A stretch of DNA of 64,000 nucleotides, from the NCBI GenBank assembly GCA_003551845.1, contig PUNQ01000064.1, forward strand, positions 10,649 through 74,648. Direction: 5' to 3'. Position 1 is the stretch's first letter. Each line of letters starts with the position of its first letter. Positions 23,739 to 32,350 of this stretch are shown here, one piece after another. A program made the position numbers and the translations under genes. The notes under the pieces were generated by a model. The model was not told the DNA's origin. It searched no databases and saw only the letters and a list, made by a program, of their open reading frames with translations. The stretch comes from Candidatus Nealsonbacteria bacterium. Lineage in GTDB: Bacteria > Patescibacteriota > Minisyncoccia > Minisyncoccales > PWPS01.

Positions 23739-25275
23739 TGCGATTCTTTACCATGTAGCTGTCCTCAAGTTTATATCCGTTTTTTCTCCAATAACCCCTG
23801 GCACCCACGCCGGAAATAACCGTAATCTTTTTTGTCGGTGCCAGTTCTTCGGCCCTTTTTACCAATCTTTTACCCAGTCCTTTGTGTTGTGGTGAAGTTT
23901 TCAAAACTTCTCCGTTTTTAATCATCGTTTGCTGGCCGTAAGTGTGAATTTCTCTTATTATGGTTGAGTTTTTAAGCACTTCCGGATACGGATCGGCCGG
24001 AATTCTCATTCTCAGAAGACTGAACAATTTGGTTCTTTTTTTGTTTTCAAAGGTTAAAACCATCTCTTTTCCTCCCGAAGCCTCGTATTCTTCTTTAAAA
24101 AATTTCAACTCTTCTTCCGGGTCGTAGTTGTCTTTTACTTCTCTGCAACGGATGCACTTACATCTCCACCCCTCCTTCTCGGCTTTCTCGTGTAATTTTT
24201 CTCTTAAATTGGAAGTTCCCCCGCCGGCAACCACGTATTGGGACGGAATATCCCTTATCACTCTTTGAATTCTGACCCAGTAAGGAATTTCTTTTTTAAT
24301 TTTTGAAAGCAAGTCGATCAACTCATCGGTTGTGTAGGGCTCATATTCCCCTTTTTTGTAAAGCTCATAAAGAGGAGCTTCTTTGAGCACCATGCAGGGA
24401 TAAATTTTTAAAAAATCGGGCTTAAACCTATCGTCTTTGAAGATCAGCTCCATCATTTCAATATCCTTTTTAAAAGTGGAGCCGGGAAGGTCGGGCATTA
24501 TTTGATAACAAACCTTGAATCCGGCATCTTTCAGCAATTTTGTCGCCTTTACGGTTTCTTTCACTTCGTGACCTCTTTTATTTTTTTTCAAAACGTCGTT
24601 GAAGACACTTTGAACTCCGATTTCCACCATCGTCACCCCCAATTTTCTTAAGTGAGAAATTTCTTTTTTATCTATATAATCTGGCCTGGTTTCTATTGAG
24701 AGAGTAACCATTTTCCGTTTTGCCTTTTCATTGTCTTCTTGTGCCTTTTTTAATGTTTCTGCCTTTTTACCGTTTAAGCTCTCAAAGCAAGATTTAATGA
24801 ACTCTTCCCTGTAATCTTTGTCGTAGTAAGACCATGTTTCTCCAACTATTCTCAACTCAACTTTATCCGTAGGGTGGCCGGTTCTGGTTAGAGAATTAAT
24901 CCTGTTTTTCACTTGCTTTTCGGGGTCGAAGTCGTTTAATTTAGCTCGCATTACCGCCGGTTCGTCATCCAGGTAACTTTTGGGCGCTCCTTCCTGAATC
25001 GGGCAATAAAGACAATCACCCGGGCATTTATGAGGTTTGGTAAGAACCGAAACGTTGACCACCCCGGAAAGAGACCTTACCGGCCTGAGTCTTAGCACGG
25101 CTTCCAATCTTTTATCTTTTACACCCATATTTTTGTAGGCTTCAATAAGGTCGGTGTTGGGTGGGCAATTAACACCGTATTTTTTACATACGTTTCTTTT
25201 GGTTTGATCGACCACTTCTCGAGACACCTCTTCTTTTTCAAGTAGTCTTTTTACAATTTCTTTTGCTAAATTCAT
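23716..25275 (-). CDS. elp3: Elp3-type radical SAM + GNAT enzyme (tRNA U34 cm5 modification)
   Basis: VLTKPHKCPGDCLYCP radical-SAM cluster. SYLDDEPAVMRA. KVELRIVGETWSYY. C-terminal GNAT IHTYGQ..QHKGLGKRLVKRAEELA. Confidence 0.8.
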   Translation of the reverse strand: MNLAKEIVKRLLEKEEVSREVVDQTKRNVCKKYGVNCPPNTDLIEAYKNMGVKDKRLEAVLRLRPVRSLSGVVNVSVLTKPHKCPGDCLYCPIQEGAPKSYLDDEPAVMRAKLNDFDPEKQVKNRINSLTRTGHPTDKVELRIVGETWSYYDKDYREEFIKSCFESLNGKKAETLKKAQEDNEKAKRKMVTLSIETRPDYIDKKEISHLRKLGVTMVEIGVQSVFNDVLKKNKRGHEVKETVKATKLLKDAGFKVCYQIMPDLPGSTFKKDIEMMELIFKDDRFKPDFLKIYPCMVLKEAPLYELYKKGEYEPYTTDELIDLLSKIKKEIPYWVRIQRVIRDIPSQYVVAGGGTSNLREKLHEKAEKEGWRCKCIRCREVKDNYDPEEELKFFKEEYEASGGKEMVLTFENKKRTKLFSLLRMRIPADPYPEVLKNSTIIREIHTYGQQTMIKNGEVLKTSPQHKGLGKRLVKRAEELAPTKKITVISGVGARGYWRKNGYKLEDSYMVKNRTPDSYTS

Positions 25276-25402
25276 AGATTTTTATTTGGTGGTTTATTAT
25301 AGCTCATCAATCTTTATATTCAAAACAGTCAAACCGCTCTTTTTCAATTTATCTGTTTTTAGGTGTGTGGACGGGATTAAGTTGAGTTAAATGCAGTAAT
25401 AA

Positions 25403-25564
25403 TTTTCACAAGGAGGGGATTTTGAAGCGTTATGGTCTACATCTATGGATGCCGGAGATTGGCCGTATACGATGCAACTTTGTAGCTATTGGTGTCCCGG
25501 AGTGAAGAGGTGGACCGGATCGGGATATGATATGGGAATTTCAGTTCGCTGCATTAAAGAATAA
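25403..25564 (+). pseudogene. Orphan C-terminal remnant of a DUF1566/FISUMP-type domain gene
   Basis: In-frame translation FSQGGDFEALWSTSMDAGDWPYTMQLCSYWCPGVKRWTGSGYDMGISVRCIKE*. No upstream start or N-terminal part (stop at 25400). ..WSTS..(G)ISVRCIK is the family's C-terminal signature. Compare YWSSTE..YRVRCVRR at the end of 36100..37200. Confidence 0.55.
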
Positions 25565-25590
25565 AAATTTTAAAGTTGCCACCCCTTTAA

Positions 25591-25615
25591 TTGTGATAGG
25601 TTGAACCTATCACAA
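25591..25615. promoter_or_regulatory. Perfect 11-3-11 palindrome (operator-like site or hairpin)
   Basis: ttgtgataggt-tga-acctatcacaa, 45 nt upstream of the -35 of the Trm9-like gene promoter. Confidence 0.35.
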
Positions 25616-25659
25616 AGTGTGGTGCAAAAGGTGAAGTTTTTGTGAGGGAGAAGAGATCC

Positions 25660-25687
25660 TTGAAGCTTTTCTTTGAAGGTTTATAAT
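25660..25687 (+). promoter_or_regulatory. Sigma70-type promoter for 25710..26390
   Basis: TTGAAG (25660-65), 16-nt spacer, TATAAT (25682-87). Confidence 0.55.
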
Positions 25688-25709
25688 TGAAGCGATAATC
25701 TTCGATGAT

Positions 25710-26390
25710 ATGAAAGAGAAAAAAATATTGAAAAAAAATAAAGATGATTACAACCTGATTGCCGATCATTTTTCAAATACCAGAAAGTATCCCTGGAGAG
25801 GTTTTAAATTTATTTTTGAAGAAATTTCGGAGGGTGAAAGGGTTTTGGACCTGGGTTGTGGAAACGGAAGATTTTATCAGTTTTTAAAAGAGAAAGATGT
25901 AGACTACGTTGGTGTGGACAAGGCCGAAAAGTTGATTGAAAAGGCTCGAAAAGAATATCCGAAAGCGAAATTTAAAACTGCCGATGCCTTAAAACTCCCT
26001 TTTAAAGACAATTCTTTTGATTTTGTAATTTCAATTGCCGTTTTACATCACATGCCTTCAGAAAAAACGAGACTGCAATTTTTAAGGGAGGCGAAAAGAG
26101 TTTTGAAAAAGGGCGGAAAGCTTAGAATTTCTGTTTGGGATCTTTTGAAAACCGACAAGAGAATTTATTTTTCCGATGTCGGGAAAAAGATAGCCGGTCG
26201 GATCGGACTCAGGGACGCATTTTTACCCTGGAAAAATGATAAGGGAAAGATAATTACAGAGAGGTATTATCACGCCTTCAAAAAAGAAGAACTCGAAAAG
26301 CTGGCAAAAGAGGCGAAGCTTAAAAACGTTGAAATTTTTGGAAAAGGAAAAAAACATAAATCGACACTTTTTCTTTTCGCTCAAAAATGA
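25710..26390 (+). CDS. Class I SAM-dependent methyltransferase, Trm9-like
   Basis: IADHFSNTRKYPWRGF resembles the Trm9/ALKBH8 MTase N-terminal motif (hFs.TR...W). VLDLGCGNGRF motif I. FDFVISIAVLHHM. Confidence 0.6.
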   Translation: MKEKKILKKNKDDYNLIADHFSNTRKYPWRGFKFIFEEISEGERVLDLGCGNGRFYQFLKEKDVDYVGVDKAEKLIEKARKEYPKAKFKTADALKLPFKDNSFDFVISIAVLHHMPSEKTRLQFLREAKRVLKKGGKLRISVWDLLKTDKRIYFSDVGKKIAGRIGLRDAFLPWKNDKGKIITERYYHAFKKEELEKLAKEAKLKNVEIFGKGKKHKSTLFLFAQK

Positions 26391-26743
26391 AAATAAGCTA
26401 CATAAAACCGGGAAAAATAAAGATAGCCGATAAAAAATACGAAGAAGACGTAGTCGTCGATTCTTCGGGAATTGTCTTTTCTTGGAAAAAAAAGAAGAAG
26501 ATACTCGGCAAAGACGACTTGGAGATTTTTTTAAAAGAAGAACCGGAAGCTTTGATAGTAGCCAAAAATGAAAATTTAACCGAGATATCGGAGGAAGGAA
26601 AGCGGCTTATCAAAAATCGGGACGTATTACTCTTTTTTGACAAGACCGCTCAAGCGGTTAAAGCTTTTAATCTTTCAGCACGAAAAAAAAGGAGAGTAAT
26701 GGCAGTTTTTGCCTTAAAAAGTGATAATGAAGAGAAAAAGTGA
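26387..26743 (+). CDS. Mth938-like (DUF498) domain protein
   Basis: 118 aa. G.I.I....Y..DVVV...G.V..W pattern (KIKIADKKYEEDVVVDSSGIVFSW). PEALIVAKNE. TAQAVKAFNL..KKRRVMAVFAL. Confidence 0.5.
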   Translation: MKISYIKPGKIKIADKKYEEDVVVDSSGIVFSWKKKKKILGKDDLEIFLKEEPEALIVAKNENLTEISEEGKRLIKNRDVLLFFDKTAQAVKAFNLSARKKRRVMAVFALKSDNEEKK

Positions 26744-26758
26744 GAGCTTTGCGGGGGG

Positions 26759-26787
26759 TTGACAAAAATATTGAAAAGGGTAATATT
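26759..26787 (+). promoter_or_regulatory. Sigma70-type promoter upstream of the greA leader
   Basis: TTGACA (26759-64), 16-17-nt spacer, TAATAT/AATATT (26781-87). Confidence 0.55.
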
Positions 26788-26833
26788 AGGATACGATGAA
26801 AAGTTACTGCTACGAAAAAAATACCAGATTTGA

Positions 26834-26860
26834 AAAGGAATGCGATTCCTTTCATTTTTT
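26834..26860 (+). terminator. Weak terminator-like hairpin inside the greA leader
   Basis: AAAGGAAT-gcg-ATTCCTTT followed by cattttttt. AT-rich stem with only 2 GC pairs. Confidence 0.3.
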
Positions 26861-26918
26861 AGTCCCAAACGCCTTTCGGGTAGGTTAGTTTTTGCTTCTC
26901 TATATTTAGGGCAAAAAA

Positions 26919-26939
26919 CCTCCCTCGAAAGACGGGAGG
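26919..26939 (+). promoter_or_regulatory. GAAA-tetraloop hairpin sequestering the greA Shine-Dalgarno
   Basis: CCTCCCTC-GAAA-GA(C)GGGAGG. The 3' arm GGGAGGA is the only SD-like sequence, 11 nt before ATG 26951. Confidence 0.45.
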
Positions 26940-26950
26940 ATTAATTTTAT

Positions 26951-27418
26951 ATGACAAAAAAACATTACTTAACTGAAGAAGGTCTTGAAAAAGTCAAAAA
27001 TGAATTGAAAGAGCTGATTCAGGAAAAAAAGAAGAAGACCAAAGACGGTGTTCCCGAGGTTTTGCATTCGGAAGATCTGAATCCGGAGTACTTGGATTTC
27101 AGGCAAGACCTCCATCTTTTGGAAAGGAGAATAATGAAGTTGGACGAAGTAGTTAAAAATGCGGAAATAATCAAATCTCCTGAAAACAAGAGAAAGGTTG
27201 AATTGGGGGCCAGAGTAATCATTGAAGCTGACGGCCAGGAAGACCAATTCACCATAGTCGGATCTTTGGAGGCCGATCCTGCGGAAGGAAAAATATCGAA
27301 TGAATCATTGGTAGGAAGAAAGTTGATGGGAAAAAAGGTTGGAGACAAAGTGACCGCAGCCTCCAAGGTGGAGACGGTTTATGAAATTAAAAAGATTGAA
27401 TATCAAGACGAAGTATGA
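26951..27418 (+). CDS. greA: Transcription elongation factor GreA
   Basis: 155 aa. N-terminal coiled coil (LTEEGLEKVKNELKEL...). C-terminal ..ISNESLVGRKLMGKKVGDKV.. FKBP-like domain. Confidence 0.85.
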   Translation: MTKKHYLTEEGLEKVKNELKELIQEKKKKTKDGVPEVLHSEDLNPEYLDFRQDLHLLERRIMKLDEVVKNAEIIKSPENKRKVELGARVIIEADGQEDQFTIVGSLEADPAEGKISNESLVGRKLMGKKVGDKVTAASKVETVYEIKKIEYQDEV

Positions 27419-28047
27419 AAGAAATATATGAGTTTATAACTTCAGTCGGAAAACTAAAGTCCGAAGGCAGAAGAGGCTGGAAAATACATGACATAGAAAA
27501 TCCGGAAACGACGGCCGCTCATACTTTTCAGTTGGCACTCATAGTTTGGACAGTGGGTAAAAGAAAAGAGGACTTTGACTTGAACAGGGCTATAAAAATG
27601 GCTTTGATTCACGATATTTGTGAGGTTCATTCTCCCGATTTGACTTCTTATGATGCCGTGGGAATCGATGAGAATGAGAAATTTACAAGAGACGATATTG
27701 AAAATTTAAAACCGAAGAAGGGTCGACCAACCTTGAAGCAAAGAAAAAAAATGAAAAAAGTAAAGAGAGAGCTGGAAAGCGAAGCCATGGATAAGATACT
27801 CGCCGATTTGCCCGAAGAAATAAGTGAGGACTTTTTTGAGCTTTGGCGGGAATATGAAAAAAAGGTCACTCCCGAGGCGAAATTCGTAAAACAGGCCGAT
27901 GATGTAACCAACTTACTTCAAGGAATGGAGTATTGGAAGGACGGACACAAGGGCATAGAATACAGGCTTTGGGTGAGGAGAGGAAAAGAGAAGATAGACG
28001 ACCCCGATTTAATTGAATTTTTGGTAATGATTGAAGAATCATTGTAA
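27415..28047 (+). CDS. HD-domain phosphohydrolase (YfbR/HDDC2-like 5'-nucleotidase)
   Basis: ENPETTAAHTFQLALI and ALIHDICEV (H...HD). Carries a Lys-rich insertion. Confidence 0.65.
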   Translation: MKEIYEFITSVGKLKSEGRRGWKIHDIENPETTAAHTFQLALIVWTVGKRKEDFDLNRAIKMALIHDICEVHSPDLTSYDAVGIDENEKFTRDDIENLKPKKGRPTLKQRKKMKKVKRELESEAMDKILADLPEEISEDFFELWREYEKKVTPEAKFVKQADDVTNLLQGMEYWKDGHKGIEYRLWVRRGKEKIDDPDLIEFLVMIEESL

Positions 28048-28054
28048 GATATTC

Positions 28055-28645
28055 ATGAAGAAGAGAAGACTGATAGTGAACTTTATCGCGTCAGATTTTT
28101 TTCTACAATCGGGATGGGGCTTCATAGGCCCCGTTTTCGCTATTTTTTTGACCGAAAGGATTGCCGGAGCAACAATCGGAACCGTGGGTTTTGCCGCCGG
28201 AATATATTGGATAACTAAATCCAGCGTTCAACCCTTCGTTGCCAGAATGATGGATATGATAAAAGGAGAAGAGGATGACCTCAATTTCTTGGTTGCCGGC
28301 CTCGTCGCTCTCAGCTTTCTTTCTTTGGCTTATATTTTTGCGACCAATATTTGGCATATATTTCTCATAGAGTTTTTAAGAGGATTGGCTCAAGCTTGCG
28401 TTGTTCCCGCATGGTTCGGAATGTTCACTCATTACATCGATCCCAACTGGAGATCTTTCACCTGGGCGATGCACAGCACTTTTATCGGTTATGCTCTGGG
28501 ATTTGCAGCAATTTTCGGGGGAATGATAGCCGATACGGTTGGCTTTAATCTGGTATTCATGCTTGTTGCCGGATCGGCACTTGTTTCCGCTCTGATAGTG
28601 AAAAGAGTAAAAAGTAAACATTTGATTTTGGTTGATGAAAAATAA
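28055..28645 (+). CDS. Six-TM membrane protein resembling half of an MFS transporter
   Basis: About 196 aa and six hydrophobic segments. ATG 28055 preferred to TTG 28031. Confidence 0.4.
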   Translation: MKKRRLIVNFIASDFFLQSGWGFIGPVFAIFLTERIAGATIGTVGFAAGIYWITKSSVQPFVARMMDMIKGEEDDLNFLVAGLVALSFLSLAYIFATNIWHIFLIEFLRGLAQACVVPAWFGMFTHYIDPNWRSFTWAMHSTFIGYALGFAAIFGGMIADTVGFNLVFMLVAGSALVSALIVKRVKSKHLILVDEK

Positions 28646-30368
28646 AGAGATAGCTCAAAAGCTGAATAAAATAGCTCGACATCTGGAAATGGATGATGTC
28701 GATTTTAAGCCATTCGCTTACCGGAGAGCGTCTTCTTCCATATTGAATCTTGAAGAAGATATAGAAAAAATTTATGAAGAAAAAGGAAGAAAAGGCATAG
28801 AAGAAATTTCGGGAGTGGGTAAAAATATAGCTGATAAAATAGAAGAATTTTTGCTTACCGGAGAAATGGAACATTTAAAAACTTTGGAAGAAAAGCATCC
28901 CGTAGAACTGGATGAGCTGTTGAAAGTGGAGGGGCTGGGACCAAAAAGCATTAAAAAGCTTTACGAAAAGTTGAAGATAAAAAGTCTTGAGGATTTGGAA
29001 GAAAAAGCTAAAAAAGGAGAGATCGCTTCCCTGGACGGTTTTGGCGAAAAAACGGAAAAAAATATTTTGGAAGCGATAGAATTTTTAAAAAGAGATGAGG
29101 GAAAATGGTCTTTGGGAGAAGTTATGGAGGTGGCGAATCGAATATTTGAAAAACTGAAATCTTTAGAAGAAGTTAAGCGAATAAATTTTGCCGGCTCTTT
29201 GAGAAGGAGCAAAGAATTGGTGGGAGATGTGGATATTTTGATTTCTGCAGGAAAGACGGAGCGAGTAATGGAAACTTTTACCTCTTTTGAAAATGTTTTC
29301 AAAGTGCTCAGCAAAGGGGATACTCGTTCATCCGTTAAAGTGGATGCCGGTTTCGGGATTGATTTACGGGTCGTTAAAAAGAAAAGCTTCGGATCGGCAC
29401 TACAATACTTTACCGGTTCCAAGGAGCATAATATAAAGTTGAGAAAATTGGCAATCGGTAAGGGAATGAAACTCAATGAATACGGGCTATTCAAAAATGG
29501 AAAAAAAATTGCCGGCAAAGAGGAAGAAGAAATCTATTCTCATTTGGGTCTTTCTTTCATTCCTCCGGAATTAAGAGAAGACAGGGGGGAAATTGAAAAA
29601 GCGATTAAAGGGGAAGATTTTTCGGATTTATGTAGACCGGAAGACTTAAAGGGAGATTTGCATGTCCACACCGATTGGACCGGGGGTGCTAATACACTTG
29701 AAGAAATGATTGCTGAGGCGGAAAAGAAAGGATATGATTATTTGGGAATAGCGGACCATACCGAATTTTTGAGAATTGAAAACGGGTTGAGCAAGGAGGA
29801 GCTACGAAAGCAAAGGAAAGAAATAGAAAAAATGAATTCAAAATTAAGGAAAAAAGGATCAAAAATGAGAGTATTGCAAGGATGTGAAGCCAATATTCTA
29901 AAAGACGGATCTTTGGATATGGACGATGAGACGCTTGAGAAGCTGGATTATGTCATAGCCGGAATTCACTCTTCTTTCAAAATGAATGAAAAGGATATGA
30001 CCGACAGGCTCATTAAAGCGATTGAAAATCCGGTTGTCGACATAATATCACACCCGACCGGAAGGTTGATTAAAAAGAGAGAATCGTTAGACTTGAATAT
30101 GGGCAGGGTGTTTAGGGCTGCCGGTGACAGAGGGATAGCAATGGAAATAAATTCTTCTCCCGCCAGATTGGATCTTTCCGACAAACATATAAAGGCATGT
30201 GTCGAAAAAGGGATAAAGATGGTTATAAACAGTGATTCTCACCATAAAAGTCAGATGGACAATTTGAGTTTCGGAGTCGGGCAAGCCAGAAGAGGATGGG
30301 CTCGTAGAAGTGATATTATAAATACTAATAATCTTGAAGATCTTTTGTCTTTTTTTAAAGAAGAGTGA
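28632..30368 (+). CDS. polX: Family X DNA polymerase with C-terminal PHP domain (PolX)
   Basis: HhH motifs (ISGVGKNIADKI, VEGLGPKSIKKL). GSLRRSKELVGDVDILI catalytic aspartates. PHP LHVHTDWTGG...IADH. Confidence 0.85.
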   Translation: MMKNKEIAQKLNKIARHLEMDDVDFKPFAYRRASSSILNLEEDIEKIYEEKGRKGIEEISGVGKNIADKIEEFLLTGEMEHLKTLEEKHPVELDELLKVEGLGPKSIKKLYEKLKIKSLEDLEEKAKKGEIASLDGFGEKTEKNILEAIEFLKRDEGKWSLGEVMEVANRIFEKLKSLEEVKRINFAGSLRRSKELVGDVDILISAGKTERVMETFTSFENVFKVLSKGDTRSSVKVDAGFGIDLRVVKKKSFGSALQYFTGSKEHNIKLRKLAIGKGMKLNEYGLFKNGKKIAGKEEEEIYSHLGLSFIPPELREDRGEIEKAIKGEDFSDLCRPEDLKGDLHVHTDWTGGANTLEEMIAEAEKKGYDYLGIADHTEFLRIENGLSKEELRKQRKEIEKMNSKLRKKGSKMRVLQGCEANILKDGSLDMDDETLEKLDYVIAGIHSSFKMNEKDMTDRLIKAIENPVVDIISHPTGRLIKKRESLDLNMGRVFRAAGDRGIAMEINSSPARLDLSDKHIKACVEKGIKMVINSDSHHKSQMDNLSFGVGQARRGWARRSDIINTNNLEDLLSFFKEE

Positions 30369-32329
30369 AAAAGTACGGCCTTAAAATAATTACGCTTTTT
30401 TTATTATTATTGTTTTTCGGTAGTTCAGTCTATCTTTATTTGGAGTTGGAAGAAGAACGAGAAACTATTTTCAATTTGCGTAGGAAATTGGAAGAAGAGA
30501 AAGAGAAGGAAGAAGAGTCGGTCATTTTTGATGAAGAATTCGTTAAAAATGCGGAAATAGACATTTATTGCCCACTTTTTCTTGAAGACGGCCGAGTTGA
30601 AGTGGAAAGCCTTGCATCAGCTTGTGATGATGAAAGTTTGCCGGATGAAGAGTTTCGGGCGGAGCTTTTGTTTTTTGAGATGGATGAAAATGAACGGAAG
30701 GCCTTCGGTCTGTTGGAAAGCCAAGTCGGAAATTTTGATTCTGAATTTAAAATCGTAGCCTTTGATCTCTCAAGAGGTCATTTTTCAAGTTTTTATTTGG
30801 AAGAAAAGCCTTTAAGCTTAAGCTTGAGGGACGGAATAGTAAAGGTTGATTTTAGAGAAGATGAAGAGAGTTACAGATTGATCGGAAATAATTTTGAAAG
30901 AGTTGTTTTTGAAACCGTCAGATTAGCCAGTCCCGGAGGAGGTTTTTCGGTTGAAATTCCCGTCAATTGGAAAGTTGAAAGAAACGGGCTCGTTTTCCGC
31001 TTGTATAACCCGGACTCGAGAGAGCTTCACTTTATTGAAATTCATCTCAATGAGGATGGAGAGCATTATAAATTGGAAGCTTCTAAAAATAATCCGTATG
31101 ATTGGGAAATGGAGCTGATTGAAGAGTCGATAAGAATTAATGAGTTGAGCTATCTATCGGATTACAGAAGTTTTAATGAAAATTTGGAAACCTATCTCGA
31201 TTTGAATACCGTCCGGGAAAAAATTACATATTTTGAAGAGGGAGAAAAAAAAGATTATTTTAATATTTTGGCTTTCGGCGATCCGTCAAGCTGGAGCGGA
31301 ACTCCCGGCGGCCTTTATGAGATTATTTCCAAAGAAGGGCTCAGATTTTCTACCGAATCTGCAGTATATATGCCCTTTTCGATGCGGATGTACGGTAAAT
31401 ACCTCATTCACGGTGAAGCATATCTTCCATCGGGGGCCCCTTATCAAGCACCCGTCTCCGGAGGATGTGTCAGAGTTAGAAATAGTGAAATGGAAAAGCT
31501 TTATGATCTTGCTAAAGAAGGAATGCCGCTTCTGTCAATCACTCATGAAAAAGATCCGTTTCCGGATAAAAAAGAGAAGGCGGCGAAATTTCCGGAGATT
31601 ACGGCTGAAAGCTTTTTGATTGCGGATATTGATTCGGGAAAGGTATTTGCTGATAAAAGCCCCTCGGAAAAATATCCACCGGGATCGCTTGCCAAATTTA
31701 TGACGGCGATTATAACAACCGAACAGATGGGAGTTAACACACCGATAACGATAAGAAATTACATGATTAACGAGCCTTCACCGGGAATTTATAACGGAAG
31801 GAGAATAACAATGGCCAATCTCCTCCCTCCCTTGCTTGCCGAATCCTCGGATGAGTCCGCTCGAGTATTGGCTCATTATTTGGGGAGAGACTCAACATTG
31901 GAAAAGATGAATGAGAAAGCCGAGATGATAGGAATGAAAAATACCGAGTTCGTAGAAGTAACCGGAACGAATATCGATAATTTTTCAACTGCCGAAGATC
32001 TCTATTATTTGCTTTATTATCTTATAAATACGAGAGTCCCCATTTTGGATGTTACTCGGGGAAAATGGGTTCAGCACGTAAATTACAATGCTTTTCCGGG
32101 GCTTGAAAATCAAAATATATTTTACCCGGACCCTGATTTTTTAGGAGGGAAAACCGGTTCCATTGAAGATTTTGGAGAAACGGCTGCTTTTCTTTTTAAT
32201 CTTGATATCGGGGGAGAAAGTAGGAAGATAGCCTTTGTTCTTTTGGGTTCTGAAAATCGTAAAGAATTAAGGAGAGAAGTCACGGAATTAAAAAAGTGGC
32301 TCCAAAGCGCTTATAGTCATGATGATTAG
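30365..32329 (+). CDS. Membrane-anchored fusion: YkuD-type L,D-transpeptidase domain + S11-type D-Ala-D-Ala carboxypeptidase domain
   Basis: N-terminal TM. IHGEAYLPSGAPYQAPVSGGCVRV (H..S.GC.R catalytic motif). Then PPGSLAKFMTA (SxxK), ESSDES (SxN-like) and GGKTGS (KTG). GTG start overlapping the polX stop. Confidence 0.65.
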   Translation: MKKYGLKIITLFLLLLFFGSSVYLYLELEEERETIFNLRRKLEEEKEKEEESVIFDEEFVKNAEIDIYCPLFLEDGRVEVESLASACDDESLPDEEFRAELLFFEMDENERKAFGLLESQVGNFDSEFKIVAFDLSRGHFSSFYLEEKPLSLSLRDGIVKVDFREDEESYRLIGNNFERVVFETVRLASPGGGFSVEIPVNWKVERNGLVFRLYNPDSRELHFIEIHLNEDGEHYKLEASKNNPYDWEMELIEESIRINELSYLSDYRSFNENLETYLDLNTVREKITYFEEGEKKDYFNILAFGDPSSWSGTPGGLYEIISKEGLRFSTESAVYMPFSMRMYGKYLIHGEAYLPSGAPYQAPVSGGCVRVRNSEMEKLYDLAKEGMPLLSITHEKDPFPDKKEKAAKFPEITAESFLIADIDSGKVFADKSPSEKYPPGSLAKFMTAIITTEQMGVNTPITIRNYMINEPSPGIYNGRRITMANLLPPLLAESSDESARVLAHYLGRDSTLEKMNEKAEMIGMKNTEFVEVTGTNIDNFSTAEDLYYLLYYLINTRVPILDVTRGKWVQHVNYNAFPGLENQNIFYPDPDFLGGKTGSIEDFGETAAFLFNLDIGGESRKIAFVLLGSENRKELRREVTELKKWLQSAYSHDD

Positions 32330-32350
32330 TTTTTAATTTTTTACTCGATT

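Noticed and set aside
28055-28645. Half-size MFS-like protein as a possible split or pseudogenised transporter.
   Set aside because: No second half or frameshifted continuation is present on either side, as polX overlaps its stop. Stand-alone six-TM proteins exist, so there is nothing to show decay.
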